NCBI GenBank assembly: GCA_963794325.1
Contig: CAWCDG010000009.1
Location: 32,001 to 96,000 of the forward strand
Length of the DNA stretch: 64,000 nt
Direction of reading: 5' to 3'
Source: an uncultured delta proteobacterium
Lineage (GTDB): Bacteria; Desulfobacterota; Binatia; Binatales; Binataceae
In this document: positions 56,434 to 64,000 of the stretch, piece by piece
Numbering within the stretch: position 1 is the stretch's first letter
How the letters are laid out: every line of letters starts with the position of its first letter
The notes under the pieces: generated by a model
What the model was told of the DNA's origin: nothing
The model's database searches: none
What the model saw: only the letters and a program-made list of their open reading frames with translations
Position numbers and translations under genes: made by a program

Positions 56434-57822
56434 TCAAGATCCGGCGCGCCGCTTGACGCCGGCGAGTATCGCATCGGCGAGTGCGCCGTAGTTGCCGTCA
56501 TAATGATGAGCGCCATTCCTGCGGAACGTTTCGACGCCTCGCTGCGCGAGCGCAGGACAGGCAGTATCGGTCTCGTCCTGTCCGTAGAAGCACTGGATGA
56601 GGTGCGCCGGAATTTTTGTTGCTTGCGGCAACACTGGAAGTGCGTCGGGTCCGGGCGGTTCGCCCAGCCATCCGCGAACCGAAATTTCGAAATCCGCAGA
56701 TTTCGAGAGTCCCAGCAAAGAGATCAGAACCACGTGGTCACGCAAGCTCGGCGGCAGAAGGTTGTAGGCGAACGGCATCACGTCGGCGCCGAATGAGTAA
56801 CCGACCAACACTACTTTGTCGGCGTGCCATTTTGTCATGAACGTCTGGATCAGCGCGCCGACCACATCCGCGGTCTGCTGCGGCGTCTTCTTGCTCCAGA
56901 AATATCGAAGAGTGTCCAGGCCAACGACCGGCACACCTTGCTGCTGAAGGTCCTCCGCGATGGTCTTGTCGAGGTCACGCCATCCGCCATCACCTGAGAG
57001 GAGGATCGCCATCAGCTTCGACGGATGGTCAACCGGCAGCTCGGCGAGCGGCAAGCCAGAGATATCAACCGCCTTCGGAATATTCGTGGGAGCGTTGGTT
57101 ACCGCGGGCCGGAGCGGCGCGAGATGCGGCTCGATCAGCGATCGCAGTGCGTCGCCCGGCGCCATGCTGGGCGGCATCTCGTGGAGATCGATCGGCGCGC
57201 CCTCGTGACGCAGTCTCATCAGGTATTCGCGGTCCGCTCTGCGGACGTGATGGGTCAATCCGACTATCCAGAAGCCAGGCAATTTTTTTGGAGCGCCATA
57301 GCGAAATCCACCCCTGCGCGCCGTCGTGGGCAGGTCGGAACAAATTGGTTGCCTGCTCGCTATGATCTCCGCGGGATCGATCGACACGGCACCCGCAATC
57401 GTTACTGCGGGAGCCTGGACCAGGTTCAATTCGGCGAGCGTGCCGCCTTCGCCGACGCCGGCAACAATCGGTGTCAGGTAGGTTGGAAGCCGGCGCTCTC
57501 TCTCCAGTTGGCGGGTGAGCAATTCCGTATCGTAGACCAACTCGTGGCACTTCTCCTTGAGCTTATCGAGCCCCCGCAAATATTTTTTGCTATCAACCTC
57601 GGCCACCAACGCGCCGCCTTTCGCCATCGCTCGCGCGGCAGCCTCATCTGCCTTCGTCAATCCCTTGCGGCCGGAAAAGTAGATCACGACCGCACGAGCT
57701 TCACCCGTCGGCTCGGCTAGTTTGACGCTGCCGTAGCGGCCCGGCTCGAACGCATATGCGGTCGATGCAGAGAGGCAAAAGGCGGCAGCGATGAAAGCGA
57801 GCGCACGACGCAATCCAATCAT
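56434..57822 (-). CDS. acvB: AcvB/VirJ family lysyl-phosphatidylglycerol hydrolase
   Basis: SGDGGWRDLD, GYSFGADV, HHYDGNY. Confidence 0.85.
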   Translation of the reverse strand: MIGLRRALAFIAAAFCLSASTAYAFEPGRYGSVKLAEPTGEARAVVIYFSGRKGLTKADEAAARAMAKGGALVAEVDSKKYLRGLDKLKEKCHELVYDTELLTRQLERERRLPTYLTPIVAGVGEGGTLAELNLVQAPAVTIAGAVSIDPAEIIASRQPICSDLPTTARRGGFRYGAPKKLPGFWIVGLTHHVRRADREYLMRLRHEGAPIDLHEMPPSMAPGDALRSLIEPHLAPLRPAVTNAPTNIPKAVDISGLPLAELPVDHPSKLMAILLSGDGGWRDLDKTIAEDLQQQGVPVVGLDTLRYFWSKKTPQQTADVVGALIQTFMTKWHADKVVLVGYSFGADVMPFAYNLLPPSLRDHVVLISLLGLSKSADFEISVRGWLGEPPGPDALPVLPQATKIPAHLIQCFYGQDETDTACPALAQRGVETFRRNGAHHYDGNYGALADAILAGVKRRAGS

Positions 57823-60417
57823 GTCGCGGAGGAACCTCGCCTGTATCCGCTGGCGAGCGCTGCCACGTCCGCGAGGGTGATGAATGGACCGGCCGCGCCC
57901 GATGCCGCCAGATACCGAGGTTCCCAGACCGGGCGAAACTTATTCTTGAAGCTGCGCAGTCCCTGAAAATTGTAGATGGGTCTGCCGTGTTGCCATACCA
58001 GGCCTGCGATGCGATTCCACCGTGACGAAAGCGGTCTCCGCGCGATACCTGCCAGTGGCGCCATCCCAAGGCTGAGCCGCTTGAAGCCTCGGGCTTTCAG
58101 ATCCAACGCCAACTGCGTGAACAAGCATTCCATCGTACACGGTGGCGCGCCTGGCACCTGCCGCATAAGTCCTACCGTCGCTTCGGTCTGCAGATCCGTC
58201 GTCATGAAGGTGACGAACGCGATCGGCTTCCCATGTTGCGATAACAACGCTGCCGATTGAGCCGCGACAAATCGCGGCTCGAAGCCCGCGACCGAGAACC
58301 GTCGCTCAGCGGCGTGATTTCTGGCAAGCCACCTATCGGAGATCTCACTGAGCACTTCCCTGCTCCTGGCATATCTGTTGAGGAGGCAGAATCTGGAATG
58401 TCAGTCCTTCTCGTTCGCCGCGCTTCAGCGCCTGGCGCAGCCCATAGCGCTCGGAACCTTCCATGCTGAACTGCTCCAGGTAAATGCAGGCCTCTTCGCC
58501 GACCTTCACGACTCTAAGGCCCGCGTCGAGGTAGAGCGGCAAGCTATCGGGACGAACCTGGTAGAAGGCGGCGCGTCCGCCGTGCTTGTCGGCAAGTTCG
58601 ACGAAGCGCCAAACCAGTTCCGGCCATTCCTCGCAGCGTCCTACGGGATCGAACAGCGCAACCCAACTCCGGCCGCGCTTGGCATACATGAGGAACGAGT
58701 TTCCCGAGCTGGAAAACAGAAAGCTCTTGTCGCCCATCAGCGCCAGCGTCGCGGCACTGCGCTCCTGGCCGCCAATGATGGCAGTTGCGCGCGACAGGTC
58801 TGGTTCCGAAGGTGGCTGGATGCGTCCGGGCGCGGTCCGCAGCAACTGCCATAACGAAATGCCGAGCGCCAGAATCGACGCTCCGAGAATCGCTCGCAAT
58901 GCCCGGGATGCCTGAGCATCGAATTCAAACTGCCACCAGATTTCCCGCCGATAGGCGACGTCACGAAAGGCGAACAGCAGGATACCGATCGCGCAGGCGA
59001 TGACGACGGCAATCGCGATGAACCAGCCCAGCCTGAACGGCTGATGCAGGAACGCGGCCGGGCGAGTGAACTCTCGGCGCGTCGCGAGCAGAAGACATAT
59101 CAGGAAAACAATTGCGGCGGTTTCGCCGAATGCCAGGCCTTTCGCCAGACTGAATGCAACGTTGACCAACGCGACAATCAGCGCGACCCACCATGCGCCG
59201 TCCAGCCGATGATACAGGCCGCGAGCCACGAACAGCAGAAAGACGCCCGCCAGGGTCGCGAGCAAGTGCGAGATCTCAACGGCCCAGAGCGGCAGGACAC
59301 CTTGCAGCGCCGCCAGCCGCCAATCCAGCGCGGGAGTCGCGCCCGATAAGACCAGCATGACGCCGACCGCGAAGGTGACGGCGCTCAGAAAAATAGGCGC
59401 GAGAAGTTCGGCTCCCAGCGAAACCCGTTCCCCGGCTTTTGAGCGAAAACGGCCCGGCACGCTCCGCAGTTCGAATCCCGCCAATGACGCTGCGGCAAGC
59501 AGTAGCGGCAGCACGAAATACACGCCGCGATAAATCAGCAGTGCTGCCACCAACTGGTTGGAATCGACAAAGCGTCTCAGCGCGAGGAAGACGACGACGT
59601 CGAAAACGCCGAAGCCGCCCGGGACCCGGCTGATCAGACCCAGCGCAGTCGCCGCCGAAAAGACTGCCGCGAAACTGAAGAAGTCGATCCGCGCGCCTGG
59701 CAACAGAAACCAGAACGCCGCGGCCGCCGCCGTCAAATCGATCGCGCTAGCCACGAGCTGAAGGAGTGTGATCGAAAGTGCGGGCATCGCGATCGAAAGC
59801 CGCCCGATTGCTATCGGTTGCCGCCGCCATGAACGAAGCAGCAGCGCGAGCAGGAGTGCGAGCAACGCGGCGGCGCCGGCTAATCGAATCGACGTGATCG
59901 AAACAGGCAACAAGTGCGCGATCGCATTCCCGGAAAGCATCAGACTGAGTGCTGCGAACGCCGCCAGGCCAATGCCGAATGCCACGTTGATGAAGAGCAT
60001 GACGCGCGCCGTCTGCTCAGGGCGCACGCCGACCGCGCCATAGACGCGATCGCGAACCGCGTCGGCGGTCAGCGCCTTGAAACTGACGGCGTTGCCCAGT
60101 GCAGAGCCGCAGAACGATGCGAGCAGCAGGGCCGGCGTCGATACTTGCACGCCGACATAACTCAATGCGCACAGATCGCGGGCGACCAGCGCCAGGTAGC
60201 TCAATCCCGTCAGCAGAATAGAAATCCAGATGAGCCTATGTGGTGTCGCTCGAAGCGCCTGTGTCACTCCGTGATAGTCGAGCCCGCGTGACAAATCATT
60301 GAGAAGGAAGAGCACTAGCGCACATGCAGCGACCGCGGCGATAGGACCCGCGATACGCCGCAAAATCTTCGCGCGACTGGTCAGCGAGCGATTGGTATGC
60401 AGCAGTTTTTTGTCCAT
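57819..60417 (-). CDS. mprF: bifunctional lysylphosphatidylglycerol synthase/flippase, frameshift near 58358
   Basis: VPGGFGVFD, WWQFEFDAQASRALRA, KVGEEA, SLGMAPLAG, YNFQGLRSFKNKF.PVWEPRYL; removing one G in CAG-G-GAA joins the two frames. Confidence 0.85.
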
Positions 60418-60442
60418 GAGCGACAGCGTCTGCGTCTTTTCA

Positions 60443-61429
60443 TCAGGAAGCGTCTCTCGCGTCGGTGAAGGTGGAGTCGCGTTCAGTAATAGACGCGTCG
60501 TCGATGATTCGGGCCAGCGTCCAGCGAGACGATTGCGATAACATCGGTGCGCGCGCGACGACTGCCCATTCTCCCTCTCTCACCGTGAATCTGTGCGCTT
60601 CTGCCATAAGTTCCGGCGCTGCGGCAAGACTTGGATTCTTCCAAAGCAGCGCGCGTATGCGAGCGCGTTCCAACCCGATCCTGGTCTTCAGGCTCGGGCT
60701 GCAGCGCCCCGCCTGCCACGCCCTCAGCTTGTCCATGAGTCCCGCCAATGATTCGATCACAGTGCGTCGAACCGAGGTTGCCACGCTCGAGATTTCCTCA
60801 GCAATGCCGACCGGATCCAGTTCGTCAAATTGTCGGGACCGAGCGGCGGCTGCCTGCGCGCGACACCACGCATAGTGATCTTGATCGGAATCGCCAGTTT
60901 CGTCGTCGGAATTTGTTGCGACGCGAAGCTTTAGCCGGATAATGCGAAGGCTGAGCCGCATGAGGGCAACGGCCTCAGTTTCCGCCTCGGGTTCATCAGT
61001 GGTGACCAGCACGAGATCCGAAGTTAGGACCTCGTGCAAAGCTGCTTTCTCCCCCAGAATCAGCATCGCAGCAAAGCAAGCGCGTCTGTACAAACTCCTC
61101 CACTCAAGCTCGATCAGTCCCGCAAGCGAGGACGATCGGGAAAGGGCGTCGTCAATTTTGAATCTTGCCGATTCGATTTCAGAGCGCCGAGCCGGGCTGT
61201 GATACTGCGAGCCGACGTTCCAAATCGTCAGATGAGTCAGGAGTTTCTCAACCGCTTCCCTCAGTGGGTTCGAATCATTCACTCGCGCGCTTTTTTCCAG
61301 CACATCTCCGACGGCGTCCCAGTCGATTTCATAGATCCGGCGATCCAACAGTAGGAGTTCGGTCGCCTTGCTCCAGGCGTAAAGGTCTCGCTCGCGAAGC
61401 CTTCGATTTTCGTCATCTTTGTCCGACAC
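60443..61429 (-). CDS. tandem DUF29-like protein
   Basis: Two repeats of D.YAW....A/ELL.....D.....E; second repeat ends in LWKNPSL. Confidence 0.65.
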   Translation of the reverse strand: MSDKDDENRRLRERDLYAWSKATELLLLDRRIYEIDWDAVGDVLEKSARVNDSNPLREAVEKLLTHLTIWNVGSQYHSPARRSEIESARFKIDDALSRSSSLAGLIELEWRSLYRRACFAAMLILGEKAALHEVLTSDLVLVTTDEPEAETEAVALMRLSLRIIRLKLRVATNSDDETGDSDQDHYAWCRAQAAAARSRQFDELDPVGIAEEISSVATSVRRTVIESLAGLMDKLRAWQAGRCSPSLKTRIGLERARIRALLWKNPSLAAAPELMAEAHRFTVREGEWAVVARAPMLSQSSRWTLARIIDDASITERDSTFTDARDAS

Positions 61430-62118
61430 TCTGTTCTCTCCCAGTGGGCCGATTCCGCGCGGCTGGATAGCATCCAGTCTCCGCGACGGTCGGTTTCGGA
61501 TATCAGGCGAATTGTCGGCATGCGCCCGCGGCTCATGCTCGGCGATATCCCGCGAAACGCGACTATTGGAGAGAGCTAAATTCTCAGACGGCAGAGGAGC
61601 GCAAGAGGAAGGGAGCTTACAGGTGCAAGAGAAAAAATGCGCACCGAAAAACGCGACATCCGCCGCAGGCGTGCATCGAATACTCTTCCGAACGACCCTT
61701 GAGGCGCGGAAACCTCTTGCAGAGAGCGCGAGCGAAGGTTCTCCTCAAACGGCAGTGTCCTGCTTTGACGCCGGGCGCTGCGCAGTGGGAGATTGAAGAC
61801 AACGGGCGCCGAATCGCCTTTCGTCGTTCCACTCGGTGCAATCGCGCCTGGCAATGCGCAAGTGATTGCGAGCAACGACGTCAGCAACCATAGACCGAGC
61901 GTCTTCACGTCACTGAGTGTACATCCAATTTTCGATCGGAGCGAACCGTAAGAACCGCCGCGCAAGGGTCTTTTTGCCACCTGATTAGAGGCAGCAGAGC
62001 CCGAAGTTGCACGCGTGCAACGATCCTTAAGACGCAAAACAAGGAAATTCCAATTCCTTTTTTCTGGTTCCTCTTTTGCTTGCCGTTGGGTGAGAGAGAT
62101 TCTAGTGACAGTCGACTC

Positions 62119-63258
62119 ATGACGGCCTTCGAGAAAAATCGGTTCTATATGCCCGAGCTTGACGGGTTGAGGTTCTTCGCTTTTCTGGCGGTGTTCCTGT
62201 CGCACGTCGCGGTGTTTTCCAACGGCAACCACGGATCAAGACCCGCAGTAGTAGAACTCTGCAACATGTTCGGCCGGTTTGGCGTCGACCTGTTTTTTGC
62301 ACTCAGTGCCTATCTTCTGACCTGCCTGATGCTTGCCGAGAGGGAGAAATCCGGCACGATTCGGATTGGCGCTTTCTATATGCGCCGCCTGTTGAGAATA
62401 TGGCCGCTCTATTTCGCCTGGTTGGCCGCGCTGATGCTGACACGGCATCTATGGTCTGATTATTCGCTGAGCTTCTTCGTCCCTTTTCTATTATTCGGGG
62501 GAAATTTCGCGGCTTCGCTCGGCGTGGTTACGAGTCTGGTCATCCTGCCGCTGTGGAGTCTTTCGGTCGAGGAACAGTTTTATCTCGTGTGGCCGCTGCT
62601 CATGCATAACCTGACCCGCCGCGGCGTGGTCGTGGCCGGCGGCGCAATCTGGATATTCACGAGCTGGGCCCGGTTCGAACTGCTTCGAAGCGGGATGACG
62701 CCTCATCAGATCTGGTTTATTGGGTTCGCGCGGCTCGGCGCGATTGCGCTCGGAATCATGATGGCCGTACTCCCGCGACATTCGCCTCGCGCTCGCGGGC
62801 TGTGGTTTCTGGTGGGCTCGGCTTGTTGGGCGGATGCTGCCATGTGCCACCTCTATAGAATGCACTCCGAGGGATTTGCGCCTCCGATGGTCGGCTTTGC
62901 GATGGCTGCGATTGGCGCTGCAGCGTTCCTCTTTGCTGCGATCGGAATCAAGGAAGGCGGTATTCTGACCAAGCCCACTTCGGTCTACTTGGGGCGTATC
63001 TCATACGGCCTGTACATTTTCCATGGCGCCGCGCTGGTGCTGGCCGCCCATATCTTGCCCGCGTTGCCAGATCCTGCGTTTTGGCCGGCGTTATCGATTC
63101 TGGGTTTCGGTCTGACACTGGCCCTTTCGACGGCATCCTACCGATGGCTTGAAAGCCCTTTCCTCCGTCTGAAGAAACGCTACGAAGTCATCAGCGCCGC
63201 GCCGGTGATTTCGGGTCGCCTAGGTCATGAGCGTCTCGCGGTCAACGAAAGCGACTAA
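62119..63258 (+). CDS. acyltransferase-3 (OafA-like) membrane O-acyltransferase
   Basis: LDGLRFFA, GVDLFFALS, FYMRRLLRIWP, WSLSVEEQFY, GRISYGLYIFH. Confidence 0.9.
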   Translation: MTAFEKNRFYMPELDGLRFFAFLAVFLSHVAVFSNGNHGSRPAVVELCNMFGRFGVDLFFALSAYLLTCLMLAEREKSGTIRIGAFYMRRLLRIWPLYFAWLAALMLTRHLWSDYSLSFFVPFLLFGGNFAASLGVVTSLVILPLWSLSVEEQFYLVWPLLMHNLTRRGVVVAGGAIWIFTSWARFELLRSGMTPHQIWFIGFARLGAIALGIMMAVLPRHSPRARGLWFLVGSACWADAAMCHLYRMHSEGFAPPMVGFAMAAIGAAAFLFAAIGIKEGGILTKPTSVYLGRISYGLYIFHGAALVLAAHILPALPDPAFWPALSILGFGLTLALSTASYRWLESPFLRLKKRYEVISAAPVISGRLGHERLAVNESD

Positions 63259-64000
63259 AGCGACAAATTGCCGGCGACACGCGCATTACCTGGATTTCCG
63301 TACCGCGCCAGAACACTTCAATGCCGTAAGGATACTCCGCGGCGAAAGCGGCGCTCGATCGTCTTACCGGCGTCCCTCACGGAGATGCCCGACGAATGAA
63401 AAGTGGGACTCATCGAATTGCCGGAATCATCGTAGATATTAGATTTGCGGCGGGGCGCTCGATGAAACGGGATGGCGAGTACACAAGGGCGGCAAGAGCC
63501 GATTCTCGAGCGGGGCTACGATATCCAGGGCACACGAGCGAGCAGGGTCATACGCGCGCTCGAGAGTCACACACCTGTATCCTGATCGGCGATCAACGAA
63601 GCTACGCAGGTCTCCGATGGCTTCTCGGATGTCTTTGGCTGACATTCGAGCGAAAGTGCGACGTGTGCAAGCAGCGCTGACATTCGGTCAAGCGGAGCAA
63701 GATCTCGCAGATGACAAGGTGCACGCTCGGCGTGCCGAAGGCGGCGATTGTCTTTTGGTGGGCCGTTGGAGACTCAAGGCAGCTGAATAAGAGTCGGCGA
63801 AACAGCCCTCTTCACTGCTAAAATGGATCGTCGTCCGACGTATGAAAAATGAACATTCGAAGCAAACATATCGTCACATGTAATAGGTGCCCGCGCAGAG
63901 GCCGCGACGAGTCGCGAGCTCTCTGTCACCCCCAAAAAAGAGGCGACCCGTGGCGGCTCGCCGTGGCATCCGAACCTCATCCCGCGCAAGCGCACATGAA

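Noticed and set aside
58345-58365. Programmed frameshift in mprF
   Set aside because: No slippery heptamer; one extra G in a GGG run is more likely an error or mutation
61430-62100. Riboswitch/ncRNA or small ORF (61576..~61908, -)
   Set aside because: No recognisable RNA motif; the ORF has a signal-like start but no family support
63259-64000. Short ORFs at the window end
   Set aside because: No motifs, and evidence is too weak to call

Overview
High-GC bacterial chromosome segment. The gene content (F420 genes, DUF1329, DUF3313, Mla operon) suggests Candidatus Binatia/Binatota, but this is inference only. Bases 1-30441 are mostly housekeeping: rplU, sufT, a DEDDh/GIY-YIG fusion, cofC, mlaEFDCA, pdhABC-[insert]-lpdA-lipB-lipA, rnhB, an RNase II-family gene, a sulfatase and tRNA-Leu(TAA). 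This part carries several REP-like palindromic repeats, one of them in frame inside lipB. A ~21.7 kb island with no recognisable integrase (30442-52168) is bounded by a 56-bp duplication of the tRNA-Leu 3' half. It holds an apparent envelope redox/metal-stress module: msrP-msrQ coupled to an unannotated selenoprotein (AhpC/TSA W-U-P-Y-C redoxin fused to a DsbD-N-like domain, with a SECIS-like hairpin), a bufferin-type MNIO RiPP cluster, doxX-DUF1329-peptidase-DUF1223, NDH-2 plus a zinc-finger anti-sigma, a sigma54 activator and a STAS-fused ECF sigma factor. Five island transcription units share a G(T/A)AACC-N17/18-TC(T/A)A promoter motif. Beyond the right att site lie a TetR-Rieske unit with two operator palindromes, mprF-acvB, a tandem DUF29 gene and an OafA-type acyltransferase. 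Several single-base frameshifts could be assembly errors.
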